The notes: a model not told the origin generated them from the sequence alone. 64,000 bases of DNA from a virus (IMGVR_UViG_3300031992_000072:1-64000); one strand, 5' to 3'. Shown: positions 9,758 through 20,051, counted from the stretch's first letter. Translations and numbers: made by a program.

Positions 9758-10845
9758 GCAACCTGTTCTCCCATCGAAGCATTCTGAAGATTGTTCCACT
9801 TTCTATTACTCATAGTCATAATAGAATAGCCAGCTGCTTCAAGAGCAGTGCTGCGGTCATAAGACTTAACATCCTGAGCAAACCTCGTTGTTGCATTAGC
9901 AAAGCCATACAGAGACAGATCTCCGCCACGAATCAGATAGTCAAGAATTCCTTGACCTTCCTGTTTGGAATAACCAAACTCAGGAGCGGCAAGTTCAACC
10001 ATCGCAGGAATATTGGCTGTTGTAATCTTAGCTTCACGAGACTGACGCATAAGATCAACAACTCTTTCAAATCGAGCCTGTTCAGCAACAGCCTTCACAG
10101 TGTCTCTTACCTTGAGCTGAAGCGCAATATCGTCAGCCTGAAGCGTTTCACTGCTATACAGCGTGAAGTCTTCCATTGCCTCATTTCTTCTGCCAGTATG
10201 ATACTTGCGAACTTTAGCGTCTGTTACAACCATACCATTAGAACAAACAAGTCGATAAATCAGCGGCTGAATCGTAAGAGAGCCAAGACCTACTTCAGAA
10301 TTGGTAATCATAATACCAGCCTGCACAACGTCTCCAGGCACAACTTCTGTAGTCAGCCGAGGATTCACCACTTTGAGGTAAAGACGCTCATCCGTAACTT
10401 CAAAAGAATTCTGCGGATTAGTAACGTCAAACACCTCACCAAGAATTGGCAGAACAGTCTGTGCGATATCAAAGTTATCAATCCTCCGATAGGAATCAGA
10501 CAGGAATGCTCTCACTGTATTATCCAGTGTCCTGACCATATGAGTCTTAGGTTTCTTTTCAAACCAGCTGTTTACATTCATTGCCAGCAGTTCAGGGTTA
10601 TCAGCACGCATCTTGTCATAATACTTAGCCGGAATACCAAGCGTCGTACCAATCTGGTTATGAGCAACTTCATTAACCCCAAGAATCAGTGTCTGTCCTG
10701 TTGTGTCATTGCGAATACTCAACTGTGCAATATTAGCATCTGCATCCATTGTTATATTGCGAGTGTCAACAAGGTAATCTTTCTTTGCTCTGTTCTGGCG
10801 ATCAAGTTCCATTGCAAGTTCTGTCAGTGTTTTACCGAATTTCAT
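9754..10845 (-). CDS. DUF932-family phage protein
   Basis: RAFLSDSYRRIDN, GIMITNSEVGLGSL.IQP.IYRLVCSNGM motifs. Confidence 0.8.
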   Translation of the reverse strand: MKFGKTLTELAMELDRQNRAKKDYLVDTRNITMDADANIAQLSIRNDTTGQTLILGVNEVAHNQIGTTLGIPAKYYDKMRADNPELLAMNVNSWFEKKPKTHMVRTLDNTVRAFLSDSYRRIDNFDIAQTVLPILGEVFDVTNPQNSFEVTDERLYLKVVNPRLTTEVVPGDVVQAGIMITNSEVGLGSLTIQPLIYRLVCSNGMVVTDAKVRKYHTGRRNEAMEDFTLYSSETLQADDIALQLKVRDTVKAVAEQARFERVVDLMRQSREAKITTANIPAMVELAAPEFGYSKQEGQGILDYLIRGGDLSLYGFANATTRFAQDVKSYDRSTALEAAGYSIMTMSNRKWNNLQNASMGEQVA

Positions 10846-10863
10846 TTCTGTTGTTCCTTTCTT

Positions 10864-11700
10864 TTATTCCTTATAACCTTCGTATTCTTCGTTCTTTCGT
10901 TTATATTTTGGCGGCGGTTCAACACCGTTAGGGCAATTTCTTCTTGCCGAACATAAATTCCAGCAAAAATAGTCAGGCTTTTCTTTACAAGTAAGCCAGT
11001 CAAGAACTGAATATTCTTCTATTCCTTTAATCTGTTTTGTAGCCCATTCAATTGTTTCTCTGTATTCTTCCAACGAGAAAAGTCTTTGAGGCTTAACGCC
11101 ACTTTCATTAAATAAATGAAACATAAGACTATCAGGCCATTGTCCATAATGTTCATTAACGTATGTAGCATAAATCAGCTGCTGACGATACATTTTATTT
11201 TCGTCTTTCTTGAAAGACTGAAGCGATTTTGATTTATGGTCGCATATAATCAAGTCTCCAGACTTTTTATCCCGAAGCATCATATCAATAATGCCAACAA
11301 ACGGTCTTGTTTCCCCGTTTGAAAGAGGAAGTTGAATAGTAAACTTTTCTTCTGCCGAAAGAACATCATAACCATTAAATTCATCAAAGCTTTCAAGAAA
11401 TTCAACGCCAGTTTCGTAAGCTTTTTTCGCATAGCCTTTTGACGCAAGAATTCTGGGCCATGCTGTTACAACCTCGTTGGAATATCTGCGTTCGTATTCA
11501 GCAAGCATGTCTTCTTTTGTCAGTATTTTCTTTGCCCACTGATCAAGCAAATCATGAATCAACGAACCTCTTTCTGCAAAAGCATTTGAAGCTTCTTCTT
11601 CCAAGCCTTCAATACGCTGCAAATAAAAATTGTATTTGCATTCATCGAATGAGCTTAACTGTGAATAAGAATAGACATGCTTGTCTCCTAATAAGCCCAA
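10864..11700 (-). CDS. PD-(D/E)XK RecB-like exonuclease
   Basis: SYSQLSSFDEC..F, RGSLIHDLL, GIIDMM, ICDHKS, QQLIYA and terminal Cys cluster. Confidence 0.85.
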   Translation of the reverse strand: MGLLGDKHVYSYSQLSSFDECKYNFYLQRIEGLEEEASNAFAERGSLIHDLLDQWAKKILTKEDMLAEYERRYSNEVVTAWPRILASKGYAKKAYETGVEFLESFDEFNGYDVLSAEEKFTIQLPLSNGETRPFVGIIDMMLRDKKSGDLIICDHKSKSLQSFKKDENKMYRQQLIYATYVNEHYGQWPDSLMFHLFNESGVKPQRLFSLEEYRETIEWATKQIKGIEEYSVLDWLTCKEKPDYFCWNLCSARRNCPNGVEPPPKYKRKNEEYEGYKE

Positions 11701-11706
11701 GGGACA

Positions 11707-11916
11707 TCACTCCTCTACATTAAAATATTCACCTTTTGCGCTGATACAGCATTTTTTGCAAGTCCAGATATCATTATCAGTTGGATCGTGCGTTACCTCA
11801 ATGCAGTCATCAAGTACTTTCTGACATAAACCAAATTTATTAACCAGCCATTTTTGTACAACATGACCATATACAACGAATTCATTTCCGCCGCATCTCG
11901 GGCAACGTTTTATCAT
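11707..11916 (-). CDS. Zn-ribbon hypothetical protein
   Basis: CPRCG...CKKC. Confidence 0.6.
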   Translation of the reverse strand: MIKRCPRCGGNEFVVYGHVVQKWLVNKFGLCQKVLDDCIEVTHDPTDNDIWTCKKCCISAKGEYFNVEE

Positions 11917-12072
11917 TTAATTCAATCCTTCCAAATAATCATGAAGATATTCGCAAACCTCATACACTATTATCGGCCAATCTTCTGAAATTTCATATTC
12001 TTCAGGCAAACAATTAACTTCACGAATATACACTTTACTTCCGTCAATTTTAATATTAATTTCTGTTTTCAT
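11917..12072 (-). CDS. small hypothetical protein
   Basis: GGAGG RBS before MKTEIN. Confidence 0.5.
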   Translation of the reverse strand: MKTEINIKIDGSKVYIREVNCLPEEYEISEDWPIIVYEVCEYLHDYLEGLN

Positions 12073-12253
12073 TTTTAGCCTCCGTATAAACAAACCCGCC
12101 AATTTTATTCCAGTTATCATCGTATTCTTCAATCATAGTAGTATTCTCAAGATTATTATTGTTTTCATCGAGCCATTGTTCGGCTTTTAAAACCGTCGGA
12201 AACATCATACTTGTAGAATTATATTCATGCTTAATAGTAGCAATGTATTTCAT
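12056..12253 (-). CDS. hypothetical protein
   Basis: 65-aa ORF, ATGA overlap. Confidence 0.55.
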   Translation of the reverse strand: MKYIATIKHEYNSTSMMFPTVLKAEQWLDENNNNLENTTMIEEYDDNWNKIGGFVYTEAKNENRN

Positions 12254-12495
12254 AAACTGCCTTTCTCGGACACCTCTTCAACAACAGGGATGTTGTTGTT
12301 AAGCGTCAGCTTATAACATTTTTCATTGTCCAAATTAAATAAAGAATACATTGTTTTTGCTAATGAAGTATAGCTTGTTTGTTCATGAATATGGTGCCAA
12401 ATCCAGTCTTTGATCTGCAGACCAGTTGAAACACCATCAAAAGGATTGCTGTACATTGTTATCACTTCTCCGTTTGACTGTCTTCTCTTGCGCAA
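12250..12495 (-). CDS. hypothetical protein
   Basis: ORF in operon orientation; start uncertain. Confidence 0.5.
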   Translation of the reverse strand: MRKRRQSNGEVITMYSNPFDGVSTGLQIKDWIWHHIHEQTSYTSLAKTMYSLFNLDNEKCYKLTLNNNIPVVEEVSEKGSL

Positions 12496-12686
12496 ATTGT
12501 ATAAATTTCCGCATCAAGAATAACCTCATTGCAATCTAAACACTCAAGACACATATCGACAGGATTTTCAGGATCTCCATATGTTGCTATTTCAACTGAG
12601 TGACCTCTGTGTTTAAATAGAATATTCCACAGAATTTCATCCGGTTCCCAGAATCGTTCATCCCACATTCTTACATCATTTTCCAT
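12462..12686 (-). CDS. hypothetical protein (CLECLDCNE motif)
   Basis: AAGGAG RBS before MENDVR. Confidence 0.6.
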   Translation of the reverse strand: MENDVRMWDERFWEPDEILWNILFKHRGHSVEIATYGDPENPVDMCLECLDCNEVILDAEIYTICAREDSQTEK

Positions 12687-12699
12687 CTTGTATATCTCC

Positions 12700-14535
12700 T
12701 TAAAACGGCTGAGTTTCAGTTCCATCATCTACTTTAAATTCATCAAGAGTAGCAGCGGCATTTTCAGGAATCTCAATTCCCGTATGATTCCAACCGTACA
12801 CAGTACGATCTCCAACATTCAGCTGGAAAATCCGCCTATTCGCAGGATCATAACAAGTAGGAATAAAGCCTGTAACACCAAAGTCTCTGTTCTTTGTTAC
12901 ACGAATTCCTTTGGGAGACTTTTCAACATTCAGAACAGTATCCGCCAAATTGGTTATCGCAGAAGAACCGCTGACATCCTCAGATGTAAACGTTGCACCA
13001 GCCGCTGTTTTTCTCGGATGGGCCACACACAGAACATGAGCTTTATATTTGTTCGCAAAAGCCTTCAGCTGCGCTGTGAACTTCGCCTGAGCCCTGTTTT
13101 CTTCATCGGCAGACACAAGAGCAGACATCAGATTATCGCAAACAAACAGACGTGTTCCATAGCGCCTGGCGCAGGCTTCGAATACACGAAGAATGGATTC
13201 TGTCTGTTTCTCGTCTGAAATAATTCCATTGTCATAGAGGTAAAATTTACCGTCTAACCATGCCTTAATGCGTTTCTGAATTTCAGCACTTACACAACAG
13301 ATATTCTTGCCTGAACGTACATCCGTTTTATATTCAATATACTTTCTCTCAGTGGCCTGAAGCATAATCCATTCAAGAAATTTATAAGCAGGAAGTTCTC
13401 CGCTGTAAACACATACGCTCTCTCCTGCCTCAACCGCATTCAGACACAGAGGTCCACACAGAGAGGATTTACCTTCTCCGCGCTTACCGGAAATAATCGT
13501 CAGACCACCTTCTCCAAGACCGCCAATCATGTTATCCAACGCAGGAATTTTCGTCATAATTCTTGGAACAGTCGTAGGATCAATGAAAGGAATTTTGGAA
13601 AGCTCAAGAACGCCTTTAATAGGAGCGGGTTCACAGCTTTCAACCATGTTCTTCAGATATTCCGGACCATAGCACGTTAGAATTTCATTCGCATCTTTAC
13701 AAATACGGTTATAGTCTTTGCCGTTATAAATATATTCAGGATATTCTTTCGGAATCATGCACCTGTCTTCGCCAAGACGCTTGGACAGAGTAGAAATCAT
13801 TTCGAGACCAGCTTCATCAGAGTCTCCAAAGAGAATAATCTGATTAAACTGTTCAAGATAATCCCAGCAAAGATTAATAAAGTCAAGGTTTTTGCAGCCA
13901 CAAGGCACAGATACTACATTAGAATATCCAGCTTCATAAATAGCAAGACAGTCAAATTCACCTTCTGTAATAACAAGAGGCTTGTTAAATGTAGTCATGT
14001 CCATACCAAAGAGGATGGGCTCTGTGTTTTCCTTTTGCCATTCTTTTGCTCCATCTTCTTTTGTATGCTTCTTGGGTTTCCTGTATTTTACATAAATCAA
14101 TTCTCCGTCACGATAGAACGGAAAAACAATATTGCCTTTCTTATCAGCAGAAATCTTCCAATCCAGCATTGTTTCTTCGGAGATCCTACGTGTTGCAAAA
14201 TAAGTAACAATTTCCTCAGTCATTGGGTACAGTTCATCCGGATCTGGTTTGGAGTATACTTTCTTTTGCTGTTGAGAAACCTGAGGAAGTGAATAACCAG
14301 TAGGTGCTTGTTCGCCAAAGAATTCACAGAGATTCCGGAAGTTGCCTTTCTTTCCGCAACTTCCCCTCAGGCATTGCCAAGCACCATTGTTTAAACCAAC
14401 AGCAAATGTTTCTTTATCATGTGAATTGCCGCCGCAAAAAGGACAGTATTCTGCAATAACCTGTCCATTCTTTACACGAAAAAATCCTAAATGTTTTTCT
14501 GCCAGTTCAATGACAGCCGAAGCCATGCTATCCAT
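12700..14535 (-). CDS. T7 gp4/Twinkle-like primase-helicase
   Basis: N-terminal CPFC...C..GSC Zn finger, TOPRIM ITEGEFD...DSDEAG...KDANE, Walker A GKRGEGKS, DNLM, HPRK. Confidence 0.9.
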   Translation of the reverse strand: MDSMASAVIELAEKHLGFFRVKNGQVIAEYCPFCGGNSHDKETFAVGLNNGAWQCLRGSCGKKGNFRNLCEFFGEQAPTGYSLPQVSQQQKKVYSKPDPDELYPMTEEIVTYFATRRISEETMLDWKISADKKGNIVFPFYRDGELIYVKYRKPKKHTKEDGAKEWQKENTEPILFGMDMTTFNKPLVITEGEFDCLAIYEAGYSNVVSVPCGCKNLDFINLCWDYLEQFNQIILFGDSDEAGLEMISTLSKRLGEDRCMIPKEYPEYIYNGKDYNRICKDANEILTCYGPEYLKNMVESCEPAPIKGVLELSKIPFIDPTTVPRIMTKIPALDNMIGGLGEGGLTIISGKRGEGKSSLCGPLCLNAVEAGESVCVYSGELPAYKFLEWIMLQATERKYIEYKTDVRSGKNICCVSAEIQKRIKAWLDGKFYLYDNGIISDEKQTESILRVFEACARRYGTRLFVCDNLMSALVSADEENRAQAKFTAQLKAFANKYKAHVLCVAHPRKTAAGATFTSEDVSGSSAITNLADTVLNVEKSPKGIRVTKNRDFGVTGFIPTCYDPANRRIFQLNVGDRTVYGWNHTGIEIPENAAATLDEFKVDDGTETQPF

Positions 14536-14772
14536 AGTGTTTCACCTTTCATTTTTATATTTTCTGTTGTAAGTAATTTCTTTTGTTATCGTTCCAGTAA
14601 ATCAGCTAAATACGTGAGTATTAAACCCTTCCAGCTGTACCCGTTTATTGGTACAGCTGGAAGGAGACCAGAGCAGCGAGCTGCTTTGCAGCTCGTAGCT
14701 CTGGTCAGCTATATAAACCTTCAGTTTCAGTTAGTAACACCAGCTGAGCATTTCTGCATTGCCTGATTTTAC

Positions 14773-15141
14773 TTAGAACGGATCTGGTCCGTCGTCACTA
14801 TTTTCTTCATTTTTGGCAGCTGGTTTCACACTGAGAGGAAACACATCTGTTGCTCTTACACTTAACGACTTTTGTTCGACGTTATTCTTGTCTTTGTACT
14901 GCTGTAATACAAGATCGCCATAGACCTGTACAAGACTTCCCTTTGCAATCTTGCTTAAAATAAATTCTCCGCTTTTACCCCAAACACTTACGTTATAGAA
15001 ATCAGAGAGATACTTATCTCCTTCTTTCTTAGTCGTGTTTACAGCCACAGTAAATGAAACTACAGTTGTTCCCTGCCAGTTTTTCTGTGTTGGTTCTTTT
15101 GTAAGTCTGCCAGTTAAACTTACTTTTGCACAATTTGACAT
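14773..15141 (-). CDS. ssb: single-stranded DNA-binding protein (replication module)
   Basis: LTGRLTKEP...SFTVAVN...FYNVSVWGK...KGSLVQVYG, acidic DPF tail. Confidence 0.88.
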   Translation of the reverse strand: MSNCAKVSLTGRLTKEPTQKNWQGTTVVSFTVAVNTTKKEGDKYLSDFYNVSVWGKSGEFILSKIAKGSLVQVYGDLVLQQYKDKNNVEQKSLSVRATDVFPLSVKPAAKNEENSDDGPDPF

Positions 15142-15310
15142 TTAAGTCCCACCTTGTAAATATTTTCTGTTGCGTCTTTGCTTTACTTTTCTTTATGCGT
15201 AATTTCTGTTGATGTAAAGCAAACTCCCAGAACCGACGCTAGTTCTGGGAGTACTTAAACACCAACCGATGGTCAGCGCATGTGTCACTGCTACGGCTGG
15301 TGGGTTAGCC

Positions 15311-16042
15311 TTAAGCAGCTTTCTTAACCATGGCAAGAAGCTCATCTAATAGAGCCTTTAGTTTAGTCATATCTGCACAGGTCATATAATTAATAGATCC
15401 AATATGTTTTACTACTACTTCCTGCGCAAACTTGTCTTTTGCTTCTTTATCCATGTTTTTGGTAACTACGCCAATACCTTTCTGAATTCTATCTTTAATA
15501 GCTTTCAGATCTTCCGGCGTAGGTCCATTTTCTCTCTCTTCATCTTCTGCCATTGAATATTTAGTCCTATCCTTTGCAAAATAAATATCATGGCAGAAAC
15601 CAAGAGACTTACAGGCAATAGAAAGAGCATCGGTGTAAGCCATCTTCATAGCTTCGTCATTGCAATATTTGCCGTTGCGTTCATTAGCAACGAACTTATT
15701 GCCACCGACGCCTGTAATAGGATGGCTTTCTGTTCCTGTTTCTGGATCTACAACAACAAGCTCAAGCTGACAGAATACCGCAACTTCACCTGTTTCACAC
15801 GGCTCAAACGAATACTTTTCATTCTGAGTCCACCATCCGAAACCAGCCGGACCAAATACTTCTGTCAACCTTTTAATCCTAAACATAGGATTAATATCCG
15901 TATAGCCTTTCAGTCTTCCTGCGCCGATTTCTTTTCTTGCTTCCTGCGGAGTATCCTGAACCTTTCCATAGAAACGCATATTCACATGAATCTGGTCAGG
16001 AGTTTCCTTTACTTCTTCTGTAGTTGTTTTTCTCGGAGGCAT
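15311..16042 (-). CDS. Rad52/Sak-like ssDNA annealing protein
   Basis: YTDINPMFRIKRLTEVFGPAGFGW...GVGG...EAMKMAYTDALSIACKSLGFCHDIY. Confidence 0.75.
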   Translation of the reverse strand: MPPRKTTTEEVKETPDQIHVNMRFYGKVQDTPQEARKEIGAGRLKGYTDINPMFRIKRLTEVFGPAGFGWWTQNEKYSFEPCETGEVAVFCQLELVVVDPETGTESHPITGVGGNKFVANERNGKYCNDEAMKMAYTDALSIACKSLGFCHDIYFAKDRTKYSMAEDEERENGPTPEDLKAIKDRIQKGIGVVTKNMDKEAKDKFAQEVVVKHIGSINYMTCADMTKLKALLDELLAMVKKAA

Positions 16043-16062
16043 AATCCTTTTCCTTTCTTTTG

Positions 16063-16626
16063 TTATTTAAAACATGGTTTAACAACAGGCCATTGTTCAG
16101 TATCAACATTTTCTTTCGTTAAATTATCTTTTATACTATGTATTTTCTTTTGTTGTTGTAACAGCCGTTTATATCCACGTTTTTTTCTTGGTACGTCAAG
16201 CAATTTCATGTCAGGCACTTTTTTGACATAATATACAGATCCAGTTGGATCGCCGTACTGATTTGTTTCAAACCAGCACAGCGCACCACTGGGATAATAA
16301 TGAACACCATGCATTTTATCCTGCGTTCTATAATCAGAAAGATAGTCAAGCATATCGTTATGCCCATATATGGAAGTTACCAACACTTTTGACAGATTGA
16401 ACTTTGGAGTTCCGTCAAACTGTTTTACAACACGATAGCCAGATCTTTTATTGGATGTTGTGTTAGCATAGCATAAAACATACGAAGGCCAGAACGAACC
16501 ATTTTTTATGTCTCTGTCGAGGACAATAGCAAGCGAGTAGTACGTGCTTCTATAATCGCTTTCTGTTCTAGTCGTTTGGCTCGCTGTGTTGCCTTCTTCT
16601 GCACCAGTCTGTATGTTATTTGGCAA
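16063..16626 (-). CDS. hypothetical protein
   Basis: 187-aa ORF overlapping the RNAP 3' end; start uncertain. Confidence 0.55.
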   Translation of the reverse strand: MPNNIQTGAEEGNTASQTTRTESDYRSTYYSLAIVLDRDIKNGSFWPSYVLCYANTTSNKRSGYRVVKQFDGTPKFNLSKVLVTSIYGHNDMLDYLSDYRTQDKMHGVHYYPSGALCWFETNQYGDPTGSVYYVKKVPDMKLLDVPRKKRGYKRLLQQQKKIHSIKDNLTKENVDTEQWPVVKPCFK

Positions 16627-19328
16627 TCTTCACATCTGCACTGGTTAGATGCTTTACGCTCACACATTATTCCGCAGTCAATGCATTCATAGAAACCTTT
16701 GGTGTTCTTTACACACTGATGATTCTTTACCCAGCTTGGAATTTTTGTATTACAATCCAAGCAAGTGTCGCAATCTTTTAAGTTTGCTTTGATGTTTGAC
16801 AGAGCAATTTCTCCGAAAACACGCCAGAACATTTGCTTATGGGCAGGTTTATTCATTCCTTCGCCTGCAAACAAATGTTTTACAATATATGGATATGCAT
16901 TTTCCAACGAACCAAATTTTTCTGTTATTCTGTCTGTTATATCTTCGGCAACTATTTCATATCCATTTATCAGTTTTCTTTCATCTGTATAAGCATTGTC
17001 TCTTGCCTCAATGATGCTTGCTTTATTTGAATTGTCCATCTCACAGAATAATTCCGGAATTTCAGGACGTGAATTCACACAAGGTGCTGACAAAAGCATC
17101 TGCCAGTTAAATCGAGGCAAACCAGAATAATTTAAATTGATATTTCCAATATCATCAAATGCTTTACAGATACGATTCATTGTAGAATTATTTGGATCTG
17201 CATATTTCTTCTTGCGGTTGTGCGGAGTATCTTTACGCCCGTTCTTGCTGAATGCAAAGAACGTTGGCATACGACCATTCTTTCCGCCGCAGGCTCTGCC
17301 AATACGTTTTGCAATTTGTGGAAAGTCTTTATATTCATGGACGACACCAGTCTTTGCTCCGTCTATACGCAGATTGTTTAAATACGTAAGAAGAGCCGCT
17401 GCCACTCTATCCGGGTTGTCTTTATTCCAGACACGAGTAAGCATATTGGATATTTCGCCAATGTTTGAATAATCATGTGACCTTTTCAGTCCTCTGAAAA
17501 GAGAGTCAAAACTGATTGGTTCCGCATTAGCTACTTCAGCATCGTAAAACAACGGTACAACATCAAAAGCTTTGATATTTCTTTCTGCTATATCAACAAA
17601 CAAAGGATCAACTATAACATTTAGCTGATCCCCGTCGACATCGAACTGCAGAATTCTTGATATCATGCTTTTACAACTTGTATGGATAGCGTTTGTGTAA
17701 AACCAATCATAAACATTTTGATCGTGTGATATTTTCTGTACAGAGTGCTCAAAATAAAGATGCGGAGATCTTAGAACATCAGCTTTATCATGTCTCCTGA
17801 AGATCTTACATGCGACTTCATCTTTTGCCAGCAAACCTTTCGGTTCTTTGATGCCAAGGAACCAATATTCACAAGCCGCATAAAAGTCAGGCAATACAAA
17901 AAGTCTTTTGTTTTCACACTTTATTTTGCCGGACTTTGCATCAAGAAGCATTCTTTTACGAATATCTCTTAAAGTTTCTTTTGTATAAGCTTCACGTAAA
18001 AGCTCTGGATAATATGCCAGCGCAGCCTTGTACGGTTGTTCAGAATTCTTTTCTGCTTTCAACGTTTTAAGCATCGTATCAGGATCTTTTGTAATACCTT
18101 CAATCCTTGAGTGCTCCTCAGCTGTAAACTGTTTTATTTCATCGTCTGTCATTATTTGAAGCGTCTGTATCTGCTGATAATTTGTGTATGTGTCTTTTAT
18201 ATAGTCTTCTTCATAGTTTGTTCTGCTGAAATGACAGTTATTTTCTTTGTAAAATTTCTTATATTCATCCCAGTCTTTATAAAGCTTATATAGTTTAAAC
18301 ATAGATGTTGTTAAGATAACATTGATTCTTTCTTTTATAAGATCATGTTTTACACCCCATGCATCTTCTATAATCGGATCAACGTTATTAACCTTGCACC
18401 ATTTTATATAATCCCAGCTGCCCAGTAATCCTTTAATCCAGTCACCTCGTACCATAAAGTTGGATTTTGAAACTTCAGGAAGCATCATTCCGCATCCGTC
18501 TGTATGATCAATCTCAACAGTGCGTACTCCAACTTCATATGAATAATCAGGCTTTATATACATCATTCTGTCTGTTACAGGAGCTTTAAATTCTTTGATA
18601 ACGATACAACGATCTATATCAAAGTCTGTCCACTCTTCTGTGGCTGACGCAGCCAGTGCAAGATATGCCATATATTTTGAAACGTTCAGACTTCCTCTTG
18701 AATTAATTAAGTCCCAGTCCATTCCGCATTCAAGACGTGCATGAACTTTATCCCACATTTCATCCGAGATGAATACAACCTTATCTCTTCTGAGTTGTCC
18801 TGCGCTGGCTGAGAAAAACCTGTAATGTTTATTCACAACCTTATCGCCATTCAACACAGAAAGATAAAATCCGTTTAAAACAAACTGTCTTAATATTTCA
18901 AGATTTTTCCATTTAATCACAATCAAGTCAAGCGTCTTATCAAGATGCTTCAACCCCATTGATCGTGATAATTCACAACAAAATTCTGCAATCTTCTTTC
19001 CTGTTTTCAGATTATCATATGTAACGCCTTCAGGAAACGGATAATCTGCATCTTTAGGATAATAGATTACGGATTTCAGTCTGACAAATCGTGGTTCATT
19101 TTCATGTTCGTGAATTAACTTTTCAAGGGTTTGCTTTATTTCATTTTTTCTTTGAATGACATTTTCCCGTTCTTCTCCTCCTTTAATGTTTTGAGCGTCC
19201 ATTTCGTCTAGCTTGTTCTTTTCTGCGATTATCTGCATATATAAGTCATATTCTTCGTCAGTGAACAAGTCATAGCTGGATAGGGATACCAACCTTATCT
19301 GCTCTTGCAGATATGTTTTTACAGACAA
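16506..19328 (-). CDS. YonO-like single-subunit two-barrel (RdRP-like) DNA-dependent RNA polymerase
   Basis: HTDGCGM, RGDWIKGLL, LRSPHL, QFDVDGD catalytic motif; TTG start after AAAGGAGG; similar to SPbeta YonO from memory. Confidence 0.85.
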   Translation of the reverse strand: MSVKTYLQEQIRLVSLSSYDLFTDEEYDLYMQIIAEKNKLDEMDAQNIKGGEERENVIQRKNEIKQTLEKLIHEHENEPRFVRLKSVIYYPKDADYPFPEGVTYDNLKTGKKIAEFCCELSRSMGLKHLDKTLDLIVIKWKNLEILRQFVLNGFYLSVLNGDKVVNKHYRFFSASAGQLRRDKVVFISDEMWDKVHARLECGMDWDLINSRGSLNVSKYMAYLALAASATEEWTDFDIDRCIVIKEFKAPVTDRMMYIKPDYSYEVGVRTVEIDHTDGCGMMLPEVSKSNFMVRGDWIKGLLGSWDYIKWCKVNNVDPIIEDAWGVKHDLIKERINVILTTSMFKLYKLYKDWDEYKKFYKENNCHFSRTNYEEDYIKDTYTNYQQIQTLQIMTDDEIKQFTAEEHSRIEGITKDPDTMLKTLKAEKNSEQPYKAALAYYPELLREAYTKETLRDIRKRMLLDAKSGKIKCENKRLFVLPDFYAACEYWFLGIKEPKGLLAKDEVACKIFRRHDKADVLRSPHLYFEHSVQKISHDQNVYDWFYTNAIHTSCKSMISRILQFDVDGDQLNVIVDPLFVDIAERNIKAFDVVPLFYDAEVANAEPISFDSLFRGLKRSHDYSNIGEISNMLTRVWNKDNPDRVAAALLTYLNNLRIDGAKTGVVHEYKDFPQIAKRIGRACGGKNGRMPTFFAFSKNGRKDTPHNRKKKYADPNNSTMNRICKAFDDIGNINLNYSGLPRFNWQMLLSAPCVNSRPEIPELFCEMDNSNKASIIEARDNAYTDERKLINGYEIVAEDITDRITEKFGSLENAYPYIVKHLFAGEGMNKPAHKQMFWRVFGEIALSNIKANLKDCDTCLDCNTKIPSWVKNHQCVKNTKGFYECIDCGIMCERKASNQCRCEDCQITYRLVQKKATQRAKRLEQKAIIEARTTRLLLSSTET

Positions 19329-19665
19329 ACAGACCAGTCCTCCTTTTATGAATTTATATGATAAATCCCTTACGGGAATTGAATTTAAAAGCCGTGCGTT
19401 ATGGGCGTTTCGCACGGCACGTAGCCATTCTCCCATGCCCTATGGCTTGCACCCATCAGGTTCGCCTGTCCCTGAACTATGACGAGAAACGAGAATACAC
19501 CAAACGGGTTCGAACTTGAGAGGGTGTGCTGACAAAATCCTATTGCTCGCTCGTTTCTTTTTGTTGGAAAGGAGGTGTCACTCACAACACGTTTAACGTC
19601 ACCACACTATAAATGACGGGAGCTTTTCCAGTCAGAGCAATAAGTATTTGCCTCTCAGAAATTAG

Positions 19666-19736
19666 TAGGGCGTCTGAGAATTGAACTCAAATTGATGGTT
19701 TATAAGACCATTCTTCTACCGTTGAAGTAACGCCCA
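19666..19736 (-). tRNA. tRNA-Ile (anticodon TAT), no encoded CCA
   Basis: cloverleaf TGGGCGT-TA-CTTC/GAAG-ATGGT CTTATAA ACCAT-TTGAG TTCAATT CTCAG-ACGCCCT-A; 1:72 T.T mismatch. Confidence 0.8.
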
Positions 19737-20051
19737 TCAAAAAGAGCCGCTATAGAACAACGAAAGGAAAATCTATAACGGCTCAGGCAACACGAGAACT
19801 CGTACTGGTCTTGGCTAATGACTCGAAGGATGTTCGCGAGTCTTCACGCACGAGAGAGTTGCTGCTGCATCAGTAAGTATCGTCCCAATACCGCTGTGAA
19901 ATCGTATTTTAAAATTGTGTGAGGTGATGATACATACTCTTTTTATTAAATTGGCGGCATCAGGAGGTGAGCCTGACATTAATGCTTGATCACGCAACCG
20001 CATATAAAGACTGCATTGGATATCACTGTGTCCTTTTAATGCAGCTTCTTT

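Noticed and set aside
9610-10956. 448-aa plus-strand ORF
   Set aside because: Antisense shadow of the DUF932 gene; no RBS or recognisable motifs.
19740-20040. tmRNA or RNase P RNA
   Set aside because: No GGGG..GGATTCGAC 5' end, canonical T-loop/CCA end or GAGGAAAGTCC motif recognised.
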